Shown one piece after another: positions 31,722 to 42,663 of a DNA stretch of 64,000 nucleotides; within the stretch, counting starts at the first letter, position 1; each line of letters opens with the position of its first letter. The notes beneath the pieces were generated by a model that did not search any database, was not told the DNA's origin, and saw nothing but the letters and a program-made list of their open reading frames with translations. Origin of the DNA: a plasmid; sequence record NZ_LR134467.1. One strand, given 5' to 3'. Both the position numbers and the translations under genes were made by a program.

Positions 31722-32024
31722 ATGCCTCAACCCAACGAGCTCCCCGGTCCCAACTCGGATTTCTGGGACTGGCAGATGCATGGCGTGTGTCGCGGGGTCG
31801 ACAGCTCGGTGTTCTTCCATCCGGACGGCGAGCGCGGCCGGGCCCGTGCGCAGCGCGAGCGGCGCGCCAAGGAGCTGTGCCGCACCTGCCCCGTCCTCGC
31901 GCAGTGCCGCACGCACGCGATCGCGGTCGCCGAGCCCTACGGCATCTGGGGCGGCCTGTCGGAGTCGGAGCGCGCCGCCCTCACCGCGAAGTCGCGGGTC
32001 AAGACCAGCCGCATCGCCGGCTGA
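31722..32024 (+). CDS. whiB3: WhiB-family Fe-S transcription factor WhiB3
   Basis: MPQPNELPGPNSDFWDWQMHGVCRG..CRTCPVLAQCR. Four Cys and the GIWGG turn. Confidence 0.9.
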   Translation: MPQPNELPGPNSDFWDWQMHGVCRGVDSSVFFHPDGERGRARAQRERRAKELCRTCPVLAQCRTHAIAVAEPYGIWGGLSESERAALTAKSRVKTSRIAG

Positions 32025-32102
32025 CCCGCCCCGAACACGGGAGCGCCCCCGACCTCGCGGTCGGGGGCGCTCCGTCTGTTCGAGCAGTGCCCGGGGGCTC
32101 GC

Positions 32103-33713
<1,611 letters not shown>

Positions 33714-33742
33714 TCAAAGCTCCTCAAGCTCTGCGGAAACGG

Positions 33743-33788
33743 CCGGACCGCCCGTCCCCGGCGGTTTCCCAGGGGCCGGGCGGTCCGG
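33743..33788 (-). other. stable stem-loop in groES-groEL1 intergenic region (12-bp arms)
   Basis: CCGGACCGCCCG...CGGGCGGTCCGG. Confidence 0.5.
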
Positions 33789-33807
33789 AATTCGCACGTG
33801 TGCGCCG

Positions 33808-34107
33808 TTACTTGCCGATGACGGCCAGGACGTCGCGCGCGGAGAGCACGAGGTACTCCTCGCCGTTGTAGTTGAACTCGGTGCCGCCGTACTTGCTGAA
33901 CAGCACGGTGTCGCCCTCGTTGATGCCGGTCGGAACCCGGTTGCCCTGCTCGGTCACGCGACCCTCGCCCACGGCGACGACGGTGCCGGTCTGCGGCTTC
34001 TCCTTGGCGGTGTCCGGGATGACCAGACCCGACGCGGTGGTGGTCTCGGCCTCGGTGGCCTTGACCAGGATCTTGTCGTCAAGCGGCTTGATGTTCACGC
34101 TCGCCAC
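33808..34107 (-). CDS. groES: co-chaperonin GroES
   Basis: 99 aa, canonical GroES. Confidence 0.95.
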   Translation of the reverse strand: MASVNIKPLDDKILVKATEAETTTASGLVIPDTAKEKPQTGTVVAVGEGRVTEQGNRVPTGINEGDTVLFSKYGGTEFNYNGEEYLVLSARDVLAVIGK

Positions 34108-34225
34108 AGTTCGCCTCCATGTGTGGAAAATCTTCTGTCATGTTGGGTGGCCCGAAAGTCACAGCCGTCGTCGCGGGTGCCGGCGTCACCTTGTGCGCGC
34201 GGAACTCCCCGCACACACGAACCAC

Positions 34226-34252
34226 TTAGCACTCTACCGATGGGAGTGCTAG
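34226..34252. promoter_or_regulatory. CIRCE element (HrcA operator) TTAGCACTC-N9-GAGTGCTAG
   Basis: Seen directly, about 120 bp upstream of groES. An extra TAGCACTC half-site follows. Confidence 0.8.
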
Positions 34253-34277
34253 CACTCAAGGGCGGTCGTGGAACAAC

Positions 34278-35651
34278 TCAATGGGTGAGGTGCTCGACCA
34301 TCAGAACCTGCAGTTCACCGACGAGGAAGCCGAGGATCGCGCCGACCATGATCAGCGTCTTCTCGTCCGCCTGGAAGGCCGGGCGCAGCACACCCTCGAA
34401 CTCGTCGGGGCTCATCGCCGCCATCTTCTGCACCATCGTCGTGCGGATGTCGAGCTTCGCGTCCAGGTAGTCGTTCGCGTCCGCGAGCATCACCGGCATC
34501 GAGGCGACGAAGTCGTCCGCGCCCGCCCGCGACATCGGGCCGATCTGCGTCATGTCCAGGCCGCCCGCGACCTTCCCCACCTGCCCGCCGACGGCGCCCC
34601 CGACCATCCCCACGGCATCGGCGACCACGCCGACGAGGTTGCCGGCCGTGAGCGGCCCGACGCCCAGCTTGTCGAGGCCGAGGCTGTCCGAGTTGCTGCG
34701 CAGCGCCTTCTCGACGCTCGGCATCTCGTCCTCCATCGCCTCGCGGAGCACCGCGGCCACGACGGTCACCAGCTGGTCGCGCTGCGGGCCGGTGAACAGC
34801 GAGCGCACCAGCCGCTCGGCGGTGAGCACGCGGGTGGCGATGAGCGCGCCGTACTCCTCGGAGACCGGGATGCGGTGCTTCTGGAACAGTCCCTGCCACG
34901 GGATGAAGCCCAGGTACTTCTTCGGTTCCTTGGGATTGAAGATGAGCCGCAGCGCGGCCCAGTCCGTGAACCAGCCGGTGAAGAGGCCGAAGAGCGGCAT
35001 GATCCACGGATTGCGGAAGAGGGCCCAGCACGCGGCCTGCAGCAGGCCGATGAAGAAGCCGAAGACGAGGCCGCTGTTGCGGATGAAGGCGAACTCCCGC
35101 CGGCCCACGTCGAGGAACATCTTCTCCAGCACGTCGGGGTCGGCCAGCACCTCCCGCGTGACCATCTCCTTGAGATCGAAGACCTCGTCGATGTTCTCCC
35201 GGATCGCCGTCACCAGCTTCGGAATCAGGTCCCGCGCGATCACCTGCGCGCGCTGGATCACCAGGTCGCGGGCCGCCGTGGGAAGGAGGTTCCAGAGGGC
35301 GGGCTGGTACTCCGCGGCGACGACCGGCACGATCCGCGCGACCTCGCGCCGCAGCTGCCGCTCCATCCGGTCGCCCAGCTCGTCCGCGTCGACCTTCTCG
35401 AGGATGTCCGACGCCGAGACCAGCCGGTCGGTCAGGGTGTCGCACAGCACCTCGACCATCTGCGGCGCCCGCTTGGGGATGATGCCCTGCCAGCCGAGCT
35501 TGCCGATGCCCTTGAACCGGTGCGGCCGGAACATCATCCGGATGGCGACGACCTTGGTCCCGTAGCCGATGAGGGCCGCGATGACCGGCATGGACAGGTA
35601 GATGAGCCAGTTCCGCTGAACGTCCGCAGTGATCTCGGCCCAGGTCTGCAT
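34278..35651 (-). CDS. DUF445-family membrane-associated protein
   Basis: 457 aa. DUF445/YjiN-like pattern ([12 protein letters not shown]...). Start at MQTWAEI. Confidence 0.65.
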   Translation of the reverse strand: MQTWAEITADVQRNWLIYLSMPVIAALIGYGTKVVAIRMMFRPHRFKGIGKLGWQGIIPKRAPQMVEVLCDTLTDRLVSASDILEKVDADELGDRMERQLRREVARIVPVVAAEYQPALWNLLPTAARDLVIQRAQVIARDLIPKLVTAIRENIDEVFDLKEMVTREVLADPDVLEKMFLDVGRREFAFIRNSGLVFGFFIGLLQAACWALFRNPWIMPLFGLFTGWFTDWAALRLIFNPKEPKKYLGFIPWQGLFQKHRIPVSEEYGALIATRVLTAERLVRSLFTGPQRDQLVTVVAAVLREAMEDEMPSVEKALRSNSDSLGLDKLGVGPLTAGNLVGVVADAVGMVGGAVGGQVGKVAGGLDMTQIGPMSRAGADDFVASMPVMLADANDYLDAKLDIRTTMVQKMAAMSPDEFEGVLRPAFQADEKTLIMVGAILGFLVGELQVLMVEHLTH

Positions 35652-35693
35652 GGCGGCCACCCTACGCACGACGACCGGTGATCGTGATGTGAA

Positions 35694-36557
35694 TCACACG
35701 ACCGGTCGCCCACCGCGAGACCCCGCCGCCGGGCCCCGGGCCAGGTACCCCGCCAGGTGCGGCGCCCGCGTCGTGATCTCGGCGATCCGGTCGTCGTTCC
35801 GGTCCGCGGCGCCGTCGAGCCGGCGCCGGGTCTCTTCGTCCATCGGGTAGAAGGCCTCGAGGACGAGGCTCTCGAGCACCACATCGCGCGGCCCGCCGAA
35901 CGTCGTGAGGGTGCTGGCGAAAGCGAGCTCGCCCCCGTCGTCGCCCCGCATCCGGAACGGGACGAAGACGCCCGGCACGGGATCGGGGTCGACGGTGCCC
36001 GGCGGCGCGGGGTAATCGCTCAGCTCGCGGTACAGCTCGCCGAGCCGGGGGTCCGCGGTGCGTTCGTGCGAACGGCGCACCCGGGCGAGCACGGAGTCCC
36101 GCACCTGCGCGTGATTGAGCAGGCGCGGCGCGAGACCGTCGGGGTGCAGCGTCAACCGCATGACGTTGAGCGGCGGGGCGAGCAGCGCGGCGTCGACGCC
36201 CGTGACGAACAGCGCGGCTCCCGCGTTCGCGGTCAGCAGGTCGAATCCCGCGCCGAGGACCAGCGCGGGATAGGGAGAGTGGGCGGCGAGGACCGTCTCG
36301 AGCGCCGCGCGCACGGGCCGCATGGGCGCGTCGTCGAGGCCGTGCGCGGTGTACGCCGGCGCGAACCCGGCGGCCAGCAGGGCCTCGTTGCGGGCGCCGA
36401 GCGGCATGTCGAGCTGCTCCCCCAGCGCGGCGACGAGGCGCCGGCTCGGTCGCGCGCGCCCGGTCTCCACGAAACTCAGATGACGCGCGGAGACGCCCAC
36501 CGCGAGCGCGACGTCGAGCTGGGTGCGGCGCCGCCGCACGCGCCAGTCCCGGATCAT
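35694..36557 (-). CDS. XRE-family HTH regulator with MmyB-like C-terminal domain
   Basis: N-terminal HTH (RRRRTQLDVALAVGVSARHLSFVETGRARPS). About 290 aa. Confidence 0.7.
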   Translation of the reverse strand: MIRDWRVRRRRTQLDVALAVGVSARHLSFVETGRARPSRRLVAALGEQLDMPLGARNEALLAAGFAPAYTAHGLDDAPMRPVRAALETVLAAHSPYPALVLGAGFDLLTANAGAALFVTGVDAALLAPPLNVMRLTLHPDGLAPRLLNHAQVRDSVLARVRRSHERTADPRLGELYRELSDYPAPPGTVDPDPVPGVFVPFRMRGDDGGELAFASTLTTFGGPRDVVLESLVLEAFYPMDEETRRRLDGAADRNDDRIAEITTRAPHLAGYLARGPAAGSRGGRPVV

Positions 36558-36659
36558 CTCGCCGCACGTCATCGTCTCGACGCTAGCCGCGACCGGTAGG
36601 CGTTCGCATTACCTCGCAGGTAATCGACGCCCGGCGTACTCGTCGCGAGACTCGTCGGC

Positions 36660-37106
36660 ATGACGACCACGATCACCACCTCCGACCCGCTCTCGCCCGC
36701 CTTCACCCTGATGGCGGCGGGCCGCATCGCCTGGGGCACCGCCGCGGTCCTCGCCCCGCGTACCAATCTGCGGGTGGCGGGCGCGCCGTCGCTGGGCGCG
36801 CCGCACACCGACTACCTGATCGGCGTGTTCGGGGCGCGCGCCCTCGCGATCGGACTCGGCTACGTCACCGGCGACGCGGCGACGCGGGCGCGGTGGCGGC
36901 GCTTCGGCCTGCTCATCGACGTGGTCGACACGGTGAACGGGCTCGCCCGGCTCGCAGCCGTCGACGACGCGGAGTCGCGCCGTGCCGGTCGCCTGATGGT
37001 GGCGATCACCGGCGCCTACGCGATCGTCGGGCTGACGGACGCCGCCACTGGCATCGTCCGGTCCCGTCAGACCGCCCGCCGCGCCCGGTCCGCCCTGGCC
37101 GCGTAG
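36660..37106 (+). CDS. small hypothetical membrane protein
   Basis: 148 aa, hydrophobic helices. Divergent from the XRE gene. Confidence 0.45.
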   Translation: MTTTITTSDPLSPAFTLMAAGRIAWGTAAVLAPRTNLRVAGAPSLGAPHTDYLIGVFGARALAIGLGYVTGDAATRARWRRFGLLIDVVDTVNGLARLAAVDDAESRRAGRLMVAITGAYAIVGLTDAATGIVRSRQTARRARSALAA

Positions 37107-38815
37107 GCGGCGCCGACCCCGAGCAGGGTGATCCCCACCAGCAGGAAGGCGATCACGCGCACGGCACCGTCGAGGGCGGCGAGGTCGAAGAGGAAGAGCT
37201 TCGCGACGGCGCCCGCGATGAGCGCCAGGCCCGCGACGGTGCCTGCCGTGCCCCCGTCGCGCCGCCGCTGCAGGAGCAGGTACGCGCCCGTGGTGATCCA
37301 GGCGACGGTCGCGACACCGTGGCCCCAGCGGGCGCCCTCCGCGCCGCCGAGGGCCCAGCCGACGTTCGCGAACAGCGCGGTGGCCGCACCGAGGGCCGCG
37401 ACGCCGCAGACCGCGCCGACGAGGTTGCGCGCCTCCTCGGGAACCTGCGGCAGCAGGCGCCACGCGGCGACGACGGCGAGTGCGAGGGCGAGGGCCGCGG
37501 TCGCGAGGGCCGGGGCGGTGCCCGCGCCGAGGCGGACCGCGGAGTCGAGCAGGGTCACCGTCGGGCCGTACTGCTCGAGCGCGATCGCGAGACCCACGCC
37601 CCCGAGGGCCGCGCCGGCCCAGCAGGCCGACGGTTCGCGGCCGGCCGCGACGAGCGCGCCGACGCCGAGCGCGAGCACGACCGCGGGCAGCGAGGCGGAG
37701 GGCGTGGCGACGAGGGCGCCGATGAGCGCGGCGAAGGCGGCGACGCCGAACCACACGCCGCGGACCGCGGGCGCGGTACCCGACATCAGGCCGAGCGCGA
37801 CCGCCGCGGCGACCAGGGCGAGGGCGGCGAAGGCCGCCGCCCAGTCGGGAGCGCCGGTCGTCGCCAGCAGGACGGGCGCCGACGAGACGATGCCGGCGGC
37901 GACCAGCGCCCAGGACCGGCCGGCGCGGGCGTCGGGGTCGGCTGCGGCGAGCAGGCCGACGACGGCGCCGAGCACCGTCGCACCGAGGATCGGCAGCGCG
38001 TCGGACGGGCCGGCGGCGAGGGCCAGCACCGCGAGGGTGAGCGAGGTGCCGGCCGAGCGGACCACGTGGAGCCAGGGCCAAGCGGCCGGGCGGGAGACGC
38101 CGATCGAGGCGATCGCGAGGATCAGGGTGAAGCCGCCGAGCAGGTAGGCGTTGCCGGCGAGCGGCGGCGCCAGCAGGTGGACCGGCGCGTAGAGCGCGAT
38201 CCCGAGCCACTGGCTGCGCCAGCGCTGGGCCAGCGCGAGGCCGCCGAGGGCGATGAGACCCGACAGCGTGAGCCCGACGACCGGGGGCACCCATTCGTAG
38301 ATCCCCGTGACCGCGACGGTGTCGAGGTAGGCAGCGGCGATGCCGGTGGCGGCGAGCGCGGCGGACCCGATGCGGCCGCCGGGCCGGCGGTGCAGCCAGA
38401 GCGCCGCCCCGAGGAGGCCCGCGGCGAGCGCGGTGCCGAGGCCGACGCGGACCGCGGGGCCGAGGAGTCCCGCCTGCGCGGCGAGGACGAGGAGCAGGGC
38501 GACGCCGATGAGCGTGACGAGGACGCCCGCGCCGGCGAGCACCCGCGCGACGGTGAAGACGGGCGGCCGTGCGGGCCGTGCCGGTGCGGGAGCGGGGAAC
38601 GGCACCGGCGGGGGCGGCGGTACGGGCCGCGGCTGGGCCTGAGGCCGGGGAGCCTGCACGGGCCGCTGCGCCTGGGTGATGAGCACGGGGGCGGCGACGG
38701 GCCGCTGCATCGCGCCGAGCTCGGCCTGCATCCACTGCAGCCTGCGGACGGTGATGTCGAGTTCGGTGGCGAGCCGGGCGATCCGGGGGTCCGACTGCGA
38801 GGTGATCTGTGGCAT
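37067..38815 (-). CDS. DUF2339-like polytopic membrane protein
   Basis: Start MPQITSQSDPRIARL. N-terminal cytoplasmic helix plus Pro-rich linker, then more than 12 TM. The longer upstream ORF is an antisense artefact. Confidence 0.65.
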   Translation of the reverse strand: MPQITSQSDPRIARLATELDITVRRLQWMQAELGAMQRPVAAPVLITQAQRPVQAPRPQAQPRPVPPPPPVPFPAPAPARPARPPVFTVARVLAGAGVLVTLIGVALLLVLAAQAGLLGPAVRVGLGTALAAGLLGAALWLHRRPGGRIGSAALAATGIAAAYLDTVAVTGIYEWVPPVVGLTLSGLIALGGLALAQRWRSQWLGIALYAPVHLLAPPLAGNAYLLGGFTLILAIASIGVSRPAAWPWLHVVRSAGTSLTLAVLALAAGPSDALPILGATVLGAVVGLLAAADPDARAGRSWALVAAGIVSSAPVLLATTGAPDWAAAFAALALVAAAVALGLMSGTAPAVRGVWFGVAAFAALIGALVATPSASLPAVVLALGVGALVAAGREPSACWAGAALGGVGLAIALEQYGPTVTLLDSAVRLGAGTAPALATAALALALAVVAAWRLLPQVPEEARNLVGAVCGVAALGAATALFANVGWALGGAEGARWGHGVATVAWITTGAYLLLQRRRDGGTAGTVAGLALIAGAVAKLFLFDLAALDGAVRVIAFLLVGITLLGVGAAYAARADRARRAV

Positions 38816-38862
38816 GCCCTTACGCTGCCGCGCCGGGAGGCGGCGCGGCAGCGTAGGACTAC

Positions 38863-40440
38863 TCAGAGGTCGGCGGTACTTCCCACCTCGGCCTGCGCCG
38901 CGGGGGCCTGCACCCCGGAGACGGGCGCCGCGGCGGGGGCGGCACCGTCGGACCGGCCGGGGCGGGCCAGGGCGAGCACCGTCACCGTGCCCGCGAGGCC
39001 GACGAGGGTGAGCCCGACGACAACGGCGATGGCTGTGGTCATCCCGGGCAGCAGCTGCCCGGGCAGGGCCTCGCTCCCCGCGCTGGTGGTGATCGCGGTG
39101 ACGACGGCCATCATCACGGCGCCGCCCACCTGGATGAAGGTGTTGAGCAGGCCGGAGGCGAGGCCCTGCTCGTCGTCGTCCACACCCTCGGTGGCCTGGG
39201 AGTTCACCGCCGGGAACGTGAGGGCGAAGCCCACGCCGAGCAACAGGATCGTCGGGAACAGGAACAGCCAGTAGCTGGCCCCGGCCTCCGCGCGGAGGAA
39301 CCACACGTACGCGCCGAGGAAGGCGGTGAGGCCGACTGCCACGAGGACAGTGCTGTTCACACGGTCGAGGACGGCGTCGATCTTGGTGGCCGAGGCCACC
39401 ACGAGCAGGCCGGCGGGCAGGAAGGCGAGCGACATGGCGACGGGGCTCCAGCCCAGCGAGTCCTGCACGTAGAGCGTGACCAGGAACTGGAAGGCCGCGT
39501 AGCCGCCGAACATGACGAAGCCGGCGAGGTTGGCGTGCACCAGCCGGACGGAGCGCAGGATGCCCAGCCGGACCAGCGGGTGCCTGTGCTTGGCCTCGAT
39601 GACGACGAAGGCCACTGCGAGCAGCGCGGACACGGCGAACAGGGTCAGCACCGTCGGCGAGGTCCAGCCGAGGTGGGGCGCCTGGACCACCGTGTAGACG
39701 AGGATCAGGAGCGCGCCGGTCGAGGTGACGGCCCCGGCCACGTCGAAGCGCTTGAGCGCGAAGGTCTCCGACGGTGCGGTCCGCGGGATGACCTTCCACC
39801 CCAGCACGACGAGCGCGAGGGCGACGGGGCCGGGGAACAGCAGGGTGAGCCGGTAGGACAGCTCGGTGAGCAGGCCGCCGAAGACGAGGCCCATCGAGAA
39901 GCCGGAGGCTCCCGCGACGGTGTAGATGGAGAAGGCCTTGTTGCGGGCCGGTCCCTCGGCGAAGGTCGTGGTGATGATCGACAGGCCCGCCGGGACGGTG
40001 AAGGCCGCGGCGACGCCCTTGATGAAGCGCAGCGCGATGAGCGCGGTCGGCACGTCGACGAAGGCGGTGGCGACGGAGGCGACGCCGAAGACGAGGACGG
40101 CGCCGAGGAAGACGGGGCGCCGGCCGATCAGGTCCGCCGCGCGGCCGCCGAGCAGCAGCAGGCCGCCGTAGCCGAGGACGTAGCCGGAGACGATCCACTG
40201 CAGGGACGACGGGTCCATGCCGAGGGCCGCCTTGATGGAGGGCAGTGCCACGCCGACCATCGAGATGTCGAGGGCGTCCAGGAACAGGGCGCCGCAGAGG
40301 ACGAGCAGGAGCAGCCAGGTGCGGGAGGTCCAGCCGGAGGCGGTGGTGACGTGGAGCTCTTCCCTCCCGGGGGTCGGGTTCGACGGTGCTGTCGGGGGTT
40401 CGTGTGTCGTGGTCACTCCGGAGACTCTATGCGCACGCAT
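38863..40440 (-). CDS. MFS transporter (DHA2-like, 14 TM)
   Basis: MFS motifs (GRRPVFLGAVLVFGVAS). Start codon uncertain (ATG 40440 overlaps the operator palindrome). Confidence 0.8.
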   Translation of the reverse strand: MRAHRVSGVTTTHEPPTAPSNPTPGREELHVTTASGWTSRTWLLLLVLCGALFLDALDISMVGVALPSIKAALGMDPSSLQWIVSGYVLGYGGLLLLGGRAADLIGRRPVFLGAVLVFGVASVATAFVDVPTALIALRFIKGVAAAFTVPAGLSIITTTFAEGPARNKAFSIYTVAGASGFSMGLVFGGLLTELSYRLTLLFPGPVALALVVLGWKVIPRTAPSETFALKRFDVAGAVTSTGALLILVYTVVQAPHLGWTSPTVLTLFAVSALLAVAFVVIEAKHRHPLVRLGILRSVRLVHANLAGFVMFGGYAAFQFLVTLYVQDSLGWSPVAMSLAFLPAGLLVVASATKIDAVLDRVNSTVLVAVGLTAFLGAYVWFLRAEAGASYWLFLFPTILLLGVGFALTFPAVNSQATEGVDDDEQGLASGLLNTFIQVGGAVMMAVVTAITTSAGSEALPGQLLPGMTTAIAVVVGLTLVGLAGTVTVLALARPGRSDGAAPAAAPVSGVQAPAAQAEVGSTADL

Positions 40441-40465
40441 TAAATGTGTCTACATTTAATGCGTG
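40434..40465. promoter_or_regulatory. perfect 14-bp inverted repeat CACGCATTAAATGT-gtct-ACATTTAATGCGTG (candidate MarR operator)
   Basis: In the divergent MFS/MarR promoter. Confidence 0.6.
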
Positions 40466-40501
40466 GGAATATTTTGCGTCGGTCCGGTGTAGACTGCGGG
40501 C

Positions 40502-40969
40502 ATGAGCGTCAACGGCGACGTCGTTCCGATCGACACGAGCCCCTGCACCCCGGCGGACGACGCGCTGGCCGAGCAGTGGCACCGGCTGATGCGCGACTAC
40601 TCGCGCATGACCTGCGCGCTCGACCGCGCCCTCGCGGCGCACGAGCTGACCTCGTCGGAGTTCGAGGTGCTCGAGCAGCTCGAACGCGCCCGGTCGGGCG
40701 CCCTCGACGGTGGCGAGAAGGTGCGGATGGCCGACCTGGCCGAGCACGTGCACCTCTCCCAGTCCGCACTGTCCCGCCTGGTGGCCCGCCTGGAGAAGGA
40801 CGGCCTCGCGACCCGCACGATGTGCCAGAGCGACCGCCGGTCGGTGTTCACCTCGATCACGGACAGCGGCCGCGAGCGCTACGACGCGGCCCGGCCGACC
40901 CAGCGCGCGGTCCTGCGCGCCGAGTCGGCCGAGTGCGAGATGCGGGAGTACCTCTGCGGCGAGGAGTGA
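40502..40969 (+). CDS. MarR family transcriptional regulator
   Basis: 155 aa, winged-helix pattern (VRMADLAEHVHLSQSALSRLVARLEKDGLATR). Confidence 0.8.
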   Translation: MSVNGDVVPIDTSPCTPADDALAEQWHRLMRDYSRMTCALDRALAAHELTSSEFEVLEQLERARSGALDGGEKVRMADLAEHVHLSQSALSRLVARLEKDGLATRTMCQSDRRSVFTSITDSGRERYDAARPTQRAVLRAESAECEMREYLCGEE

Positions 40970-41665
40970 TCAGCCGGCGAAGGCCGCGACCGCGCGGTCG
41001 ATGAGGTCCGCGATCTCCCGCGGGTGCGAGGCCAGCGAGGCGTGGCTCGCGTCGAGCTCGATGACCTCACGGGCGCCGATGCGCTCCGCCATCCGACGCT
41101 CGTTGTCCGGGTGGATCATCCTGTCCTGCGTGGACACCTGGTACCAGCTGGGCTTGTGCCGCCACGCCGGATCCGTCACGGTATCGCCGAAGGTGGAGCC
41201 CAGCGGCGCCTTCTGGGTGACGGCCATGACGAGCGCCGCATCCTCGTCGAGATCCTGCGCGAAGCTCTCGCGGAAGCGGTCCTGCGCGATCCACAGGTAG
41301 CCGTCGGAATCGGGCGCGATCGCGTCGACCGCGGCCGGCGGGTGCTGCTCGGTGATCGCTCCGGGGCTCTCGCCGGCGTCCGGCGCGAAGGCCGCGATGT
41401 ACACCAGCCCGGAGACATTGGGCTGGTTGCCGGCCTCGGTGATCACGGCGCCGCCGTAGGAGTGGCCGACGAGGAGCACGGGACCGTCGACCTGCGCGAC
41501 CATCTTCCGCGTGCGCTCGGCGTCGTCGGCGAGAGAAGTGAGCGGGTTCTCGACCGCGCGCAGCTCGGGGTAGCCGCGGCGCCGCAGCTCGACGATGAGA
41601 TCCCCCCAGTGGGCGGCCCCGCCCCAGAATCCGTGGACCAGGACGATCGTGGGCTTCTCCGTCAT
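40970..41665 (-). CDS. alpha/beta hydrolase
   Basis: HGFWGG oxyanion motif and GHSYGG nucleophile elbow. Confidence 0.8.
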   Translation of the reverse strand: MTEKPTIVLVHGFWGGAAHWGDLIVELRRRGYPELRAVENPLTSLADDAERTRKMVAQVDGPVLLVGHSYGGAVITEAGNQPNVSGLVYIAAFAPDAGESPGAITEQHPPAAVDAIAPDSDGYLWIAQDRFRESFAQDLDEDAALVMAVTQKAPLGSTFGDTVTDPAWRHKPSWYQVSTQDRMIHPDNERRMAERIGAREVIELDASHASLASHPREIADLIDRAVAAFAG

Positions 41666-41737
41666 CTGTCGTGACCTTTCATGTGCAGTGGCTTATCCTT
41701 GCCCTGTCCACGTTAGAAGGATTTCGGATCAAACCAT

Positions 41738-42607
41738 ATGCCTGATTCACCCCTTTTCTTTGCCGATCGTCCAGGCGATGCGCCGGACGCGCTCAGCTCC
41801 CTGCTGCGCGCCGTCCACCTGCGCGGAGACCGGGTGCGCCGCGGTTCCTCGCCGGAGCCGGTCGCGCTGCGGGTCACCGGCCGCCGGGTCGTGCACCTCG
41901 CGGTCTCCGACGGGCTGACGGTGCGCGTGGGCGGCACGACGGTGGCGCTGGGGCCGTCCGACATGGCGCTCCTCCCCCGCGGCGACGAACACGTGCTGTC
42001 GGGACCCGCGGGCGCCGAGTGGGTCACCGGGGAGTTCACCGCGGATCACTCCGTCGCCGACCCCGTGCTCGCGGTGCTGCCACCGGTGATCCACTGCTCC
42101 GGGGCGGCGCCCGACGCGCAGTGGCTGCGGGCCAGCCTGGAACTGCTCCTCGCCGAGACGGATTCGCCGAGCCCGGGGAGCCACGTCATGGCGGCGCGGA
42201 TCCTCGACCTGCTGTTCATCCACGCGCTGCGCCAGTGGGCCGCGCAGGCCGATTCGGGGCCCGGCTGGCTCACCGCCGCGATGGACCCGCGGCTCGGCCC
42301 CGTGCTCACCGCCGTGCACGCGCACCCCGAACACCCCTGGAGCATCGACGAACTCGCGCGCGTGGCGAGCCTGTCGCGGTCGGCGCTGGCGGCGCGGTTC
42401 ACGCGCTCGCTGGGCCTGCCGCCCGCCGCGTACGTCGCCGCGCAGCGGCTCGATCGGGCCGCGGACCTGTTGCGCGAGACCGATTCTCCGGTCGCGGAGG
42501 TGGGCCGCGCGGTGGGCTACGCGTCGGAGGCGGGATTCAGCCGCGCGTTCCACCGCCGCTTCGGCGCGCCGCCCCTGCGGTGGCGCGCGCAGCAGTCGTC
42601 CCACTGA
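41738..42607 (+). CDS. AraC family transcriptional regulator (cupin + HTH)
   Basis: C-terminal AraC HTH (LAARFTRSLGLPPAAYVAAQRLDRAADLLRETDSPVAEVGRAVGYASEAGFSRAF). Confidence 0.8.
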   Translation: MPDSPLFFADRPGDAPDALSSLLRAVHLRGDRVRRGSSPEPVALRVTGRRVVHLAVSDGLTVRVGGTTVALGPSDMALLPRGDEHVLSGPAGAEWVTGEFTADHSVADPVLAVLPPVIHCSGAAPDAQWLRASLELLLAETDSPSPGSHVMAARILDLLFIHALRQWAAQADSGPGWLTAAMDPRLGPVLTAVHAHPEHPWSIDELARVASLSRSALAARFTRSLGLPPAAYVAAQRLDRAADLLRETDSPVAEVGRAVGYASEAGFSRAFHRRFGAPPLRWRAQQSSH

Positions 42608-42612
42608 GTCGA

Positions 42613-42648
42613 CGGATCCCGCCGCGTTCCAGGAGGAACGGGCGGGAT
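42613..42648. terminator. hairpin between convergent AraC and MFS genes
   Basis: GATCCCGCCGCGTTCC / GGAACGGGCGGGATC. Confidence 0.4.
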
Positions 42649-42663
42649 CGTCGGCGCGGAACG

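Noticed and set aside
36609-40198. 708-aa and 1043-aa minus ORFs (N-terminal parts)
   Set aside because: Upstream extensions of the DUF2339 gene and overlap frames. Real starts were identified at 38815 and 40440 by the onset of hydrophobic, domain-like sequence.
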